From a virus (taxonomy: Duplodnaviria > Caudoviricetes): a DNA stretch of 64,000 nucleotides. Both the position numbers and the translations under genes were made by a program. The notes beneath the pieces were generated by a model. The model saw nothing but the letters and a program-made list of their open reading frames with translations, did no database searches and was not told the DNA's origin. Shown piece after piece: positions 37,603 through 47,918 of this stretch. The stretch lies in IMG/VR virus record IMGVR_UViG_3300028840_001835. One strand, 5' to 3'. Position 1 is the stretch's first letter; every line of letters starts with the position of its first letter.

Positions 37603-37941
37603 ATGGAGAATTTTAAATCTAGTGAATTGAAGGTTCGTTCAAATTTTGTCGTTGTGGCACCAATCGAAAAGGAAGACACCACAACCTCCGCCGGTATATT
37701 ACTCCCTGCAAATAAATTTGAACCGATAAAGATCGGAAAGGTTATAGCGATAGGCCCGGGTGGAAAAACAAAGAGCGGAAAGATAAGACCAATGACCGTA
37801 GAGGTTGGAGATAAAGTATTGTATAGCATGCATGATGGAGATAGTGCAAATAAGGTATTTAAGGTCGATGATAAAAAATGCTTCTTTATAAGGGAACGAG
37901 ACTTACTTTTAAGTCTAACAGATGAGCATACAATTCGTTAA
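37603..37941 (+). CDS. groES: GroES-like co-chaperonin (cpn10)
   Basis: TTSAGILLP mobile loop, GKVIAIGPG, MTVEVGDKVLYS. Confidence 0.88.
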   Translation: MENFKSSELKVRSNFVVVAPIEKEDTTTSAGILLPANKFEPIKIGKVIAIGPGGKTKSGKIRPMTVEVGDKVLYSMHDGDSANKVFKVDDKKCFFIRERDLLLSLTDEHTIR

Positions 37942-38170
37942 AAGAGAACTGGTTGCACATGCGATGCACGAGGCCTGGTCTGGATGGATGGAATATCTAT
38001 TTAGTAAATGCGAGATCGATTCGGTCACTGGTCGAATAACAATTCCTAAACGATATGTCAAGAGATGGAAACGACAAATGAATACTTATTATAGAGACCT
38101 TAAAAGCTCCGAGAAGGAAAGCGATAGAATTGAGGCTGATAAGATTTTAAAACTAATAGATGGAGACTGA
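37922..38170 (+). CDS. Hypothetical protein
   Basis: 82 aa; HEAWSGWMEYL...IP...V.RW.RQM.T.Y..L...EKESDR. Confidence 0.6.
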   Translation: MSIQFVKRELVAHAMHEAWSGWMEYLFSKCEIDSVTGRITIPKRYVKRWKRQMNTYYRDLKSSEKESDRIEADKILKLIDGD

Positions 38171-38171
38171 C

Positions 38172-39215
38172 ATGAGAGAAGAAATTTATAAAAAGATAAT
38201 GAGAAACAAGAAGATCATGGACTTCGCCACAAGTGAAAACGAGGAGGCTGAGTTTCTCTCAACCGGTGTAATAGTTCTTAATCTTCTTTTTAGTGGACGT
38301 GTGGACGGCGGTATTCCCGTCGGAAAGGTGTCTCAGATCGCGGCACCATCAGGTCTTGGAAAATCATTTGTTGGACTGACCGCTCTTGCAAACGCACAAC
38401 GAAAAGGATTCTTTGGAATTGTGTTTGACACAGAGAACGCCTTTGATTTCAAATGGGCACAACGTATTGGTGTCGATACATCGCCAGAATCTCTTTTTGT
38501 ATATCAAGAGAACATGATCGAGGATGTTCGTCAGAAGTTTTTGGAGATGATGAAGGATCTCTCTATAGAGGAGCGAATGCATACATTCGTTCTACTTGAT
38601 AGTTATGGCGGACTTCTCACTTCAAAGACAATTGAAGATGCGGAAATTGGTAAAGATGTTGCAGACATGACAGAATCTAAGAAAAAGAATAGACTTGCCA
38701 AGATGCTCATGGGTAAAAAGATAACTGGGTTCGTGGTAAATCATGTATATGATAACATCAGCGGTTATGGAGATGCCTTTAAGATACCGGGCGGCCGGGG
38801 ACTTGAATTTTCCACATCATGTATAGTTCAGGGCAATAGTATGGCCAAAGAAAAGAATTCCCAGAAAGAAATTAGTGGAGCTATTGTCACCGCTATTACA
38901 AATAAATCCAGATTCGGCAAACGTTGGTCTAAACTTCAATATAGATTGAAAAACAATGGCGGGCTTGATGTATTCTATGGATTACTTCCAGATGCAATGG
39001 AACATGGTTGCGTGACTAGCCCCAATCAGGGTTGGTATGTAAGAGCCGGAGATGATCATAAGTATAGGGAGAAGGATATATATAATATAGAGTTCTGGCT
39101 TCCTATCTTTAAGGACACAGATTTTAAGAAACATCTTGAAGATAAATATTCGTTCAAATCAACAGAGATTGATGTGGCGAGTGTTGATATAAACGAGATG
39201 GTCTCGGAGGAATAA
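38172..39215 (+). CDS. uvsX: UvsX RecA-like recombinase
   Basis: LSTG...LN..FSG...GG.P.G, APSGLGKS, FDTE, LDSYG, PGGRG. Confidence 0.9.
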   Translation: MREEIYKKIMRNKKIMDFATSENEEAEFLSTGVIVLNLLFSGRVDGGIPVGKVSQIAAPSGLGKSFVGLTALANAQRKGFFGIVFDTENAFDFKWAQRIGVDTSPESLFVYQENMIEDVRQKFLEMMKDLSIEERMHTFVLLDSYGGLLTSKTIEDAEIGKDVADMTESKKKNRLAKMLMGKKITGFVVNHVYDNISGYGDAFKIPGGRGLEFSTSCIVQGNSMAKEKNSQKEISGAIVTAITNKSRFGKRWSKLQYRLKNNGGLDVFYGLLPDAMEHGCVTSPNQGWYVRAGDDHKYREKDIYNIEFWLPIFKDTDFKKHLEDKYSFKSTEIDVASVDINEMVSEE

Positions 39216-40643
39216 TTGGATCCTTTATTATTTGAAAAATTAATAATTCAACTTCTGTTCAGAGATCCGAAGTCTAGGGAGAAGTTATTACCATTTCTTC
39301 GACCAGATATATTTGAGACCTTTGAGGTTAAAGAACTGATTTCCAATATATTATCCTTCTCAAACTCTCATAAAAAGTTTCCATCCATTGCAGAACTAAA
39401 AGTAGTAATACAAAATAAGGATGTGTATTCTTTTGTATCGAAAGAACTGGAGAAGGATTACAAGGAAGACTATGATGAAAATTTTATCAAAGGAGAACTT
39501 GAAACTTTTTTCAAGAATAAGATTTTCTATAATGAATTATATACCGCATTAGAGGCTCTAAAGAATGAGGATGAATCAGCAAAGAACGAGGCTCCTGATA
39601 AGTTAAGAGAAGCCTTGGCTTTTAATTTTGATACGGATATTGGGCTAGACTTCTTTGAGTCTGGGGATAAGCTCTTTGAATATCTCCACCACAAAGACAA
39701 TGTAATACCAACTGGTATCGACAGACTAGACAAATTAATCAAAGGAGGGTTTCACGAAAAGACTCTAACACTATTTATGGCGGAGACCAATCTCGGAAAG
39801 TCACTTGTCAAAATAGCCTTTGCGGCAAACTGTCTACTTCAAAATAAAAACGTGCTATACATCACATTGGAAATGGCCGAGGAAAAGGTCTCTGAGCGAA
39901 TCATGTCAAATGTATTTGACTTCAATATAAATGATCTTCAATCAATACCCAAGGTTAGATTTCTCAAAAAGTTTGACGTTATGAGAGAGAAGATTTTAAG
40001 TAAAATTATTATTAAAGAGTTTCCAACCCGTTCTTCCAATACCAATAGAATAAGAAACTTGCTGAAGGAATTGGAGCTCAAAAAGAATTTTGTTCCGGAC
40101 ATTGTGTTTGTTGATTATCTTGGTATAATGTTACCCAATAGAATAAACAAGTCTTTCAATACCAACACGGAGCTCAAAGTAATCTCCGAGGAGTTGAGGG
40201 GCCTGGCGATGGAAAAAGGTATACCTATAGTATCATCCGTTCAGACCAACCGTGGAGGATTCTCTTCCGCAGAGATAGACTTAACAGATATTGCAGAGTC
40301 AATTGGAACTACCAACGCGGCCGATATTATCTTTGGTATAACCCAAACTCCAGAAATGCGAGCAATTGATCGTTTCTGTTTTATACTTCTTAAAAATAGG
40401 TTTGGACTAAATAGACTTAAATGTTCAGTCGGTGTCACCTATGATAAGATGAGATTATATGATGTGGTGGATGATGATGAGGACGAGCAACCGACGAGTG
40501 TTGGAGTGAGTCATGGTAAACCATCCACCCCACCGGGGACCAAATCGACCGAGCTGGTAGACGAAGCGGCAGCTGGAGTATTAAAAACATTCAAACAAAA
40601 TAGGAAGACCGAGAAGAAGAAAATCTTGGACGTAAATATGTAA
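39216..40643 (+). CDS. gp41: Replicative helicase gp41 (DnaB-like)
   Basis: AETNLGKS, YITLEMAEE, FVDYLGI, ISEELRGLA, SSVQTNR, LKNRFG; TTG start. Confidence 0.93.
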   Translation: MDPLLFEKLIIQLLFRDPKSREKLLPFLRPDIFETFEVKELISNILSFSNSHKKFPSIAELKVVIQNKDVYSFVSKELEKDYKEDYDENFIKGELETFFKNKIFYNELYTALEALKNEDESAKNEAPDKLREALAFNFDTDIGLDFFESGDKLFEYLHHKDNVIPTGIDRLDKLIKGGFHEKTLTLFMAETNLGKSLVKIAFAANCLLQNKNVLYITLEMAEEKVSERIMSNVFDFNINDLQSIPKVRFLKKFDVMREKILSKIIIKEFPTRSSNTNRIRNLLKELELKKNFVPDIVFVDYLGIMLPNRINKSFNTNTELKVISEELRGLAMEKGIPIVSSVQTNRGGFSSAEIDLTDIAESIGTTNAADIIFGITQTPEMRAIDRFCFILLKNRFGLNRLKCSVGVTYDKMRLYDVVDDDEDEQPTSVGVSHGKPSTPPGTKSTELVDEAAAGVLKTFKQNRKTEKKKILDVNM

Positions 40644-40644
40644 T

Positions 40645-41046
40645 ATGAAATTAGGCGATATACAACACATCATAGACAAGCGATTGGAGGAGACTGTTCT
40701 CAAACAAATAAGTAAAGAGACCTTCTTTGGAATCATTGATGAATCAGGAATCGATCTTGATCGATTATCCTCAAAAAGAAAGAAGAATGACTATCTGCCT
40801 TTTCATGAATTTAATTTCATTTTAAAAGAACTTCATAGATCAAAAAGGATTGATATAGCAGAGTCTGCTATATATCTAGAGACAGAAATGTTCACGGTGA
40901 AGGAATTATTGGCGTGTCTCAATGAGGAGAACCTTTACGAACTAAGGGTATCTCTTGCTGAGAGGAATAATATACCACTGAAACATTCGACCCTTGATTT
41001 GTTCCTTTATCCAAAAAAGAAAAGACCAAAAAAGAGGGAACGGTAG
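40645..41046 (+). CDS. Possible late-transcription coactivator gp33-like
   Basis: Mostly positional (precedes gp59-like and gp32, as in T4 33-59-32); weak motif similarity. Confidence 0.35.
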   Translation: MKLGDIQHIIDKRLEETVLKQISKETFFGIIDESGIDLDRLSSKRKKNDYLPFHEFNFILKELHRSKRIDIAESAIYLETEMFTVKELLACLNEENLYELRVSLAERNNIPLKHSTLDLFLYPKKKRPKKRER

Positions 41047-41071
41047 TGAGTCCATTTCTTATATTTGATAC

Positions 41072-41683
41072 ATGAACAAACTAATGGTATTTAGCACCTT
41101 CCAGAATGTTAAGTCGTATTTTGAGAAGGGTAAGGATATAGATTTTAATTCGAGAGTCAGTACCATCTGGCTTAATAGAAGTCCAGATTATGTAAAGGGC
41201 TACTGTGAGAAAATTGTTCGATACATAAACAATGGACATTTTGATCTTCAGGATTTTAAGATATATCTTTTGTATCATTTCATATTCAACGACCGGTTAT
41301 ATTGGAAGGATGTAAAGGTCACCGAGATTCAGAGAATAAGCACTCTTTTCACTGAGAAAAACCTCCGAAAAGAAGAGGCGTTTATGCTGGAATTGGCCAA
41401 GAAATTAAAGATTAAGAATATAAATACTTACTACAAGACCAACTCCGACGGCAACAATATTTTGCTTGATTTGATCTTGAAAGGTATGATCTCGCCCCTG
41501 TTCTATATAGTAATGTTTGAGCATGGATGGGATGAATCCGAGAACAAGTATGATGTATCTAATCAATTAATAAAGCTAAACAATATAACTAAACTTATAC
41601 TAAACCGAAAAGGAGAAAGAAGATGGCTAAAAGCACGACTAAATCAAAATCAAAGAGAAGGAAATTCGACTGGTCCGCAATAA
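41072..41683 (+). CDS. Possible helicase loader gp59-like
   Basis: 203 aa directly upstream of gp32; size and position match. Confidence 0.45.
   Translation: MNKLMVFSTFQNVKSYFEKGKDIDFNSRVSTIWLNRSPDYVKGYCEKIVRYINNGHFDLQDFKIYLLYHFIFNDRLYWKDVKVTEIQRISTLFTEKNLRKEEAFMLELAKKLKIKNINTYYKTNSDGNNILLDLILKGMISPLFYIVMFEHGWDESENKYDVSNQLIKLNNITKLILNRKGERRWLKARLNQNQREGNSTGPQ
41419..41426 (+). promoter_or_regulatory. Possible intragenic late promoter for gp32
   Basis: Exact TATAAATA ~200 nt upstream of gp32; inside a CDS, so it could be chance. Confidence 0.35.
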
Positions 41684-42531
41684 CGGAGACAATCAAGACC
41701 GCCGATAAGCCCAACTTTATTAAGGACGACGGTTACTCCGAAAATCTTTTCACCCCACAAATGAAAGACGATGGTACCTATGAGGCCATCATACGTTTCC
41801 TGCCCCGCAGGGAAGACGATGGTGATGGTGTTCCGTTTGTCAAATTATATAACCATGGGTTTCAGACCCTCGGTGGTCAGTGGTTCATTGAGAACTGTCC
41901 AACCACAATCGGTGGTCAGTGTCCTGTGTGTAAGGCGAATAGTATCGCCTGGAAAGCGGGAGATGAGGATCTTGCAAAATCCAGAGCAAGGCGCCAGAGT
42001 TTTTTCGCAAACATTTTGATAGTCAAAGATCCGCAGAAACCCGAGAACGAAGGTAAGGTTTTTATCTTCCGTTACGGTAAGAAGATACATGAAAAGATCA
42101 TGGAGAAGATGTCTCCGTCTGGTGAGCTGGATGAGTCTGTACCTATATTCGACTATGATATCGGTATGAATTTCAAGCTCAAAATTAAGACAGGACCTGC
42201 TCCTAAGAAGTTCAAGAATTATGATTCGTCACAGTTTACTGGCGTACCCACGGCAGTTGGTGAGGAAGAATACATTGAACAGATTGAGTCCATGTTGTTT
42301 CCTCTTCAGCAGATTGTTGGAGACGACAAGTTCAAGTCCTTTGAGGATCTTGAAAATATCTTCAAGAAAAAGATCGGAGAGGTTACCGAGGTTCCGGAGA
42401 AACCTGTCGCACAAGAACCGGCAACTAGCACTTCTAAGAAAACGAATGGGGGCGAGATTGATTCTCCAAGTGAAGAGGATCTTGCTCAAGGTTCAAAATT
42501 CTTTGAAGACCTCAGAAAAGAGGATGAGTAA
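41623..42531 (+). CDS. gp32: ssDNA-binding protein gp32
   Basis: IIRFLP, HGFQ..GQWFIENCPTTIG..CPVC, NILIVKDP..PENEGKVF, acidic tail. Confidence 0.95.
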   Translation: MAKSTTKSKSKRRKFDWSAITETIKTADKPNFIKDDGYSENLFTPQMKDDGTYEAIIRFLPRREDDGDGVPFVKLYNHGFQTLGGQWFIENCPTTIGGQCPVCKANSIAWKAGDEDLAKSRARRQSFFANILIVKDPQKPENEGKVFIFRYGKKIHEKIMEKMSPSGELDESVPIFDYDIGMNFKLKIKTGPAPKKFKNYDSSQFTGVPTAVGEEEYIEQIESMLFPLQQIVGDDKFKSFEDLENIFKKKIGEVTEVPEKPVAQEPATSTSKKTNGGEIDSPSEEDLAQGSKFFEDLRKEDE

Positions 42532-42543
42532 ACACAGTCAGAC

Positions 42544-42572
42544 AAAAGGGAGGGTAATGCCCTCCCTTTTTA
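42544..42572 (+). terminator. Rho-independent terminator after gp32
   Basis: aaaagggaggg-taatg-ccctccctttt-t. Confidence 0.85.
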
Positions 42573-42578
42573 TTCTCT

Positions 42579-43613
42579 ATGTTTAATCGTCATGTCATAC
42601 TTGAACGATATTTGCATCTTGCTGTAGGTGGCCTCAAAAGAAAAATTATCAAGACAAACAATATAAACTTTTCTTGTAATGTATGTGGCGATGGCAAGAC
42701 GGGGAATCGTATGCGTGGTCATTTGCTGCGTTCAAAAAGTCGGAAGAGTAGCGAATACTTTTGGGCGTTCAAATGTTTCAATGAAGGATGTCCAGCATCT
42801 GGTGAGGGAAATGCCTGGTCTGCAGAGAAGTGGTTAAAGTTTACAAGCAAGGAATTATATAAGAGATATAGTAGGGAGTTATTCAAAATTCATTCAAGTG
42901 AGAAAGAGAACTCAGAGAAAGAACGGGAGGAAAGACTTCGACAAAAGAAATTAGAAGAGGAGAAACGTAAGAAACAGATCGAAAAAGAGAAGCAAGCGAT
43001 CAAACATTTCAAGACCATAAATGGTGATAGTGATTTCCTATCTCAAAAGGGAAGGGAATTTGTCGAGAAGAGGAGAATTCCCAGAGAGGTCTGGAAGAGA
43101 TGGTGGGTTGCAACTGGGGGAATGTATCGAAATCGTTTGATCATTCCATTCTTTAATAAGAGTAATACGATATATTATTATCAGGCACGAACACTTGTTG
43201 GAGACGAACCAAAATACCTAAATCGTCTTGGATCAAAGGATGATGTTATATATAACATAGATCATATTGATCCCTCCAAACCGGTTATTGTTCTTGAAGG
43301 AATAATTGACTCTTTGTTCATTGAAAATAGTATCGCTATAATTGGGGCAAGTATTTCAAACAAGGTAAAGAAAAGAATAAGTAAACTCGATGTATACTAC
43401 CTATTTGATAATGACAAAACCGGAATGGAAAAGAGTAAGAAATTACTGCTCGATGGAGAGAAAGTATTTCTTTGGAATAAGTGGCATCTATCAAGCGGAT
43501 GTAAAGATATAAATGATGTAATAGTGAAGTATGAGATCGAGAAATTTAAGTTCGGTCATCTAGAGGATTACTTCTCAAAAAACTTTTATGATAAATTATA
43601 TTTGGAGATTTAA
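42579..43613 (+). CDS. gp61: DNA primase gp61
   Basis: C..CGD zinc finger, FKCFNEGC, RLIIPF, YYQAR, VLEGIIDS, FDND TOPRIM. Confidence 0.9.
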   Translation: MFNRHVILERYLHLAVGGLKRKIIKTNNINFSCNVCGDGKTGNRMRGHLLRSKSRKSSEYFWAFKCFNEGCPASGEGNAWSAEKWLKFTSKELYKRYSRELFKIHSSEKENSEKEREERLRQKKLEEEKRKKQIEKEKQAIKHFKTINGDSDFLSQKGREFVEKRRIPREVWKRWWVATGGMYRNRLIIPFFNKSNTIYYYQARTLVGDEPKYLNRLGSKDDVIYNIDHIDPSKPVIVLEGIIDSLFIENSIAIIGASISNKVKKRISKLDVYYLFDNDKTGMEKSKKLLLDGEKVFLWNKWHLSSGCKDINDVIVKYEIEKFKFGHLEDYFSKNFYDKLYLEI

Positions 43614-43615
43614 AA

Positions 43616-44269
43616 ATGATCATAGCAGGAATAGACCCATCAATAAATGGAACAGGAGTGTTTAAATTTTTCCTAGATGATAAATTACAGGTTCAAAAAG
43701 TTAGTCATTTAGGTTTTACCCAGGTGAAAAAATATTCATGTGAATCAATTATTCACTATAAGAAAACAAACTTTTATAATTACATCGAACAAAACAAATT
43801 CATGTACGATCATTTATCCAGTTTTCTGGACGATGTATCGTATGTGGCAATGGAAGACTATGCTTTTGCGGCTACTGGTCGTGTGTATCATATTGGAGAA
43901 TTCGTAGGTGGGTTGAAGATTCTTTTATATGATTCTGGAAAGATGCTCAGGATGTATGAACCCACCGTTCTCAAAAAGTTTGCAACTGGAAAGGGGAACT
44001 CGGACAAGGTGTCCATGTGCGATGCTTATAATACCATAGCCGCGGCATCGTCAGGATTATTGGATCTTCCATCATTGAAAGAATATGCCTCACCAAAGAC
44101 CGATCTGGTTGACGCATACTATGCTACCAAGTTATTAAATCTGGAACTATTACTTAGATATGGGTTTGTCTCTCTTAATAATCTTTCCCAAACAGATATT
44201 TCCATATTTAATCGTTGTACAAAATCCAACCCGGTCAATATATTGGCAAGGGATTTCCTAAACAAGTAA
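43616..44269 (+). CDS. RuvC-like Holliday junction resolvase
   Basis: IAGIDPSINGTG, VAMEDY, LKKFATGKGNSDK, D.VDAY. Confidence 0.8.
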   Translation: MIIAGIDPSINGTGVFKFFLDDKLQVQKVSHLGFTQVKKYSCESIIHYKKTNFYNYIEQNKFMYDHLSSFLDDVSYVAMEDYAFAATGRVYHIGEFVGGLKILLYDSGKMLRMYEPTVLKKFATGKGNSDKVSMCDAYNTIAAASSGLLDLPSLKEYASPKTDLVDAYYATKLLNLELLLRYGFVSLNNLSQTDISIFNRCTKSNPVNILARDFLNK

Positions 44270-44278
44270 GGTAAAATT

Positions 44279-45169
44279 ATGAAAACCAAGCTAACCAAAT
44301 TTATGAAGGGCTACACCAAGAAGGAGAAGGTGCTATTTTTTGATATGCATAATCTCTTATTCAGGTCTCTGTTCGTGTCTCATGGACAGGACCCTCTTGA
44401 CAAGACCTATGGATATTTTAAATTCTTGGTGATGAATGGTATATTTAAGAATATAAAAAACTTTCAACCAACTAAAGTGATAATCGCTTCGGACTCAAGA
44501 AATTATTGGAGGCGTGATATATATCCTGGATACAAGGCATCCAGAAAAGGCATGAGAGATAAATCAGGAATAGACTTTGATCACTTCTTTGGAGTATATG
44601 ACAAATTCATGGAGGATCTTAAAGAGGCGCTTACAATGATTCATTTTCTCGCAGTTCATAGATGCGAGGCTGATGATATAATTGCCGTTCTGACAAAGGA
44701 AAGATTCCAAAAAGATGATGTGGTCAATTACTCGACCGACAAGGATATGTATCAGTTGTTTAAATATAAAAACTATACACAGTTTGATCCAATAAAGAAA
44801 AAATTCATAACACACTTGAATCCAGCCCGGGAATTGGTACTAAAAATACTGACTGGCGATAGAGGTGATGATATCCCCGGCGTCAAGAGCAAATGCGGCC
44901 CTGTTACAGCCCAGCAGATGCTTGACCTGGGGCTAACAAATAGCCTCTTAAACAAGTCGATGGAGGACAATTTCGAGAGGAATAAACAGCTCATAGATTT
45001 CGATATGATACCTTTGGAAATTGTTGAAAAAATTACCTCTGAATTCGATAACTACCATATAAATACATACAATGGTGGAAAAATATTTAACTTTCTTGTC
45101 AAGTATAAACTGAACTTTTTCATAGAGAACTTGCAGGAATTCACACCGTCATTGAAAGAGATAGGTTGA
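44279..45169 (+). CDS. rnh: RNase H / 5'-3' exonuclease (T4 rnh-like)
   Basis: FDMHN, YKASR, EADD, STDKD, GDRGDDIPG. Confidence 0.9.
   Translation: MKTKLTKFMKGYTKKEKVLFFDMHNLLFRSLFVSHGQDPLDKTYGYFKFLVMNGIFKNIKNFQPTKVIIASDSRNYWRRDIYPGYKASRKGMRDKSGIDFDHFFGVYDKFMEDLKEALTMIHFLAVHRCEADDIIAVLTKERFQKDDVVNYSTDKDMYQLFKYKNYTQFDPIKKKFITHLNPARELVLKILTGDRGDDIPGVKSKCGPVTAQQMLDLGLTNSLLNKSMEDNFERNKQLIDFDMIPLEIVEKITSEFDNYHINTYNGGKIFNFLVKYKLNFFIENLQEFTPSLKEIG
45058..45065 (+). promoter_or_regulatory. Intragenic late promoter for the gp4-like gene
   Basis: Exact TATAAATA ~140 nt upstream of the gp4 start. Confidence 0.55.
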
Positions 45170-45207
45170 TGTTAAGATGGTTCGATAGATGGTTTAAGGA
45201 AAAGGTA

Positions 45208-45666
45208 ATGGGAAGATGGTATCAGGGTGAATTTACACCCAAAAACCCAAAGAAATGTATAAATCTTACACTTGGGGGTCAGAAGCCATTCGCCAGATCC
45301 TCTTGGGAAATGCGTTTGATGAATTGGTGCGATTCCAACAAAAATGTGATTAGTTGGGGCTCAGAGATCATCAAGGTACCATATATATTTGAAATCGATC
45401 AAAAGTTACATAACTATTATCCAGATATATGGTGTAAGATCAAAGATAAGGACGGTCTTGTACAGACCTATCTTGTTGAGGTCAAGCCAGATAAACAACA
45501 GAAAAAGCCAGTACCCCCAAGAAATAAAACCCGAAAGGCCATGATGAATTATAACCTGGCCCTCCGAGAATATGTAAAGAATCAAAATAAATGGAAATAT
45601 GCCAAACGTTTTTGTGCGGGGAAAAACTGGAAGTTTAGGATCATCACAGAGAAAATTCTATTCTAG
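45208..45666 (+). CDS. gp4: Head completion nuclease gp4-like (TnsA-N fold)
   Basis: YQGEFTPKNPKK, RSSWE, WGSE...PY, YYPD, VEVKP, KW..A..FC; start refined to ATG 45208. Confidence 0.88.
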   Translation: MGRWYQGEFTPKNPKKCINLTLGGQKPFARSSWEMRLMNWCDSNKNVISWGSEIIKVPYIFEIDQKLHNYYPDIWCKIKDKDGLVQTYLVEVKPDKQQKKPVPPRNKTRKAMMNYNLALREYVKNQNKWKYAKRFCAGKNWKFRIITEKILF

Positions 45667-45680
45667 GAGGGCACAGCTCG

Positions 45681-47909
45681 ATGTCAATAAAGGAGCTTCA
45701 GGAATACACACGGATTTCAAAATATGCAAGATATAACCACGAATGCGCAAGACGGGAGACCTGGGATGAACAGATAAATCGGGTCGTCAACATGCACCTC
45801 ATCAAGTATGCTAATGTAAACATAACTGATGAGTTGAAAGTCGTGGAACAGGCTATGAAGAGGAGACTCGTCCTCGGTTCTCAACGAGCCCTACAATTTG
45901 GAGGAAGGGCGATACTTGAGAAAAATGCACGGCTATATAATTGCACAGCATCATATTGTGATCGACCTCGTTTCTTTCAGGAAACGATGTGGTTACTTCT
46001 TTGTGGTTGTGGTGTAGGATTTAGTGTTCAGAAACATCACATAGCCAAACTTCCAAAGATCAAGAAACCAACCGGAAGAACATATTCCATAAAGATAGAG
46101 GATTCGATTGAGGGTTGGGCCGATGCCATTGGACAACTTCTTTCATCCTATTTTCAGAGCGATCAACCACATCCCGAGGTAAAGAATTTTACAATTGAAT
46201 TTGATTACTCCGATATAAGACCAGCAGGTTCTATAATCAAATCTAGTGGCGGGAAGGCTCCCGGGCCTGAAGGATTGAAAAACTCAATCGAAAAGATTAG
46301 ACAACTGCTTGATAAAATCTGCGATGATGGTCTTACCAGATTAAGACCTATAGACGCATATGATATAGTCATGCATATATCAGACGCGGTCTTGTCCGGT
46401 GGCGTACGGCGTTCTGCAACAATATGTTTATTCTCATTGGATGATGAGGAAATGATGAATGCCAAGATTGGCAATTGGATGAGTACGAATCCACAGAGGG
46501 CCCGAAGTAACAATTCAGTCATCCTTCTTAGAGATAAAACATACTATAAGGACTTTAAGGAGATCATTGAGAATGTAAAACAATTTGGGGAGCCTGGATT
46601 TGTATGGGCCGATGATCTTGAATTTCTAGTCAACCCATGTGTTGAGATAGGTATATATGCCTATGATAGTAAGGGAAATAGTGGATGGGGGTTTTGTAAT
46701 CTTTGCGAAATAAACATGAAGAAAGCAAAGACCCGTGAGCAGTTTCTTCAAATGTGTGAATATGCAGCGACCATGGGAACATTACAAGCTGGATATAATT
46801 CCTTCCCCTATCTTGGCAAACCTTCAGAGGAAATAGTAAAACGGGAAGCACTACTTGGCGTGTCTATGACAGGCATGATGGATAATCCAGATATAGCCTT
46901 TGATGAGGAACTTCAGCGAGAAGGTGCAAGATTAGTCAGAAAGACCAATGAGAGAATTGCAGGAAAGATTGGAATTAACATAGCTGCTCGGGCGACCTGC
47001 GTAAAACCCGCTGGTAGCACTAGCTGCATACTTGGTACGGCGTCCGGAATCCATCCACATCATTCAAAGAGATATTTTAGACGACAGCAGTCCAATAAGA
47101 TGGAAGAACCGTTACTATATTTTAAGAAGATCAACCCTCTCGCCGTCGAGGAGTCCGTATGGTCGACTAATAACACAGATGAAATGATTACTTTCGTCTG
47201 CGAAGTACCGGCCAACGCAAGAACAAAGGTGAACATAGAGGGAATCAAACTTCTTGAATATGTCAAACTGACTCAGAAGAACTGGGTACAATCTGGAAGA
47301 GATAAAAGTCGTTGCGTTAAAGAATGGTTGAGTCATAACGTTTCAAATACTATTCATGTGAAAGACGATGAATGGGATGAGGTATCCAAATACATATATC
47401 AAAATAGAAAATTCTTTGCTGGTATTTCAATTCTTCCAATCGACGGAGACAAGGACTACCCTCAAGCACCATTTACGACCGTATATACACCAGATGAGAT
47501 AGTAAAGGAATATGGAGATGGGTCATTAATGGCTTCTGGTCTTATTGTTGATGGGATGAGGGCATGGGATGATGATCTATGGGCAGCATGTGCGTGTGTA
47601 CTTGGGCATGGGGAAAACATAACCCTTCCTGACTTTAATAGTGTGAAACAACGAAATAGATGGAAGAGAGAAAATAACTATGATGAGAAGATGGAATGGT
47701 TGCGAAGGGCTAAGCAATTCTCAGATAGATACTTCAATGAAGATTTAAGAAAGATGACATACTGTCTAAAGGATGTATATAACTGGAAACTATGGTGCGA
47801 CCTCAAACGTGAATATAAACCAGTCAACTGGGAAGACTTTCACGAGGAGAGGGACAACACAAAAATAACAGATACTGTTGCATGTGCGGGAGGCAAGTGT
47901 GATCTGTAG
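45681..47909 (+). CDS. nrdJ: Class II (B12-dependent) ribonucleotide reductase
   Basis: NCT, GCGVGFS, SGGVRRSA, NPCVEI, FCNL.EI, TCVKPAGS; no ATP-cone and no small subunit nearby. Confidence 0.85.
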   Translation: MSIKELQEYTRISKYARYNHECARRETWDEQINRVVNMHLIKYANVNITDELKVVEQAMKRRLVLGSQRALQFGGRAILEKNARLYNCTASYCDRPRFFQETMWLLLCGCGVGFSVQKHHIAKLPKIKKPTGRTYSIKIEDSIEGWADAIGQLLSSYFQSDQPHPEVKNFTIEFDYSDIRPAGSIIKSSGGKAPGPEGLKNSIEKIRQLLDKICDDGLTRLRPIDAYDIVMHISDAVLSGGVRRSATICLFSLDDEEMMNAKIGNWMSTNPQRARSNNSVILLRDKTYYKDFKEIIENVKQFGEPGFVWADDLEFLVNPCVEIGIYAYDSKGNSGWGFCNLCEINMKKAKTREQFLQMCEYAATMGTLQAGYNSFPYLGKPSEEIVKREALLGVSMTGMMDNPDIAFDEELQREGARLVRKTNERIAGKIGINIAARATCVKPAGSTSCILGTASGIHPHHSKRYFRRQQSNKMEEPLLYFKKINPLAVEESVWSTNNTDEMITFVCEVPANARTKVNIEGIKLLEYVKLTQKNWVQSGRDKSRCVKEWLSHNVSNTIHVKDDEWDEVSKYIYQNRKFFAGISILPIDGDKDYPQAPFTTVYTPDEIVKEYGDGSLMASGLIVDGMRAWDDDLWAACACVLGHGENITLPDFNSVKQRNRWKRENNYDEKMEWLRRAKQFSDRYFNEDLRKMTYCLKDVYNWKLWCDLKREYKPVNWEDFHEERDNTKITDTVACAGGKCDL

Positions 47910-47918
47910 GAGAGAAAA

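Noticed and set aside
34802-47909. Introns or inteins in gp43, gp41 or nrdJ
   Set aside because: The frames are continuous, the lengths are ordinary, and I saw no intein or homing-endonuclease motifs.
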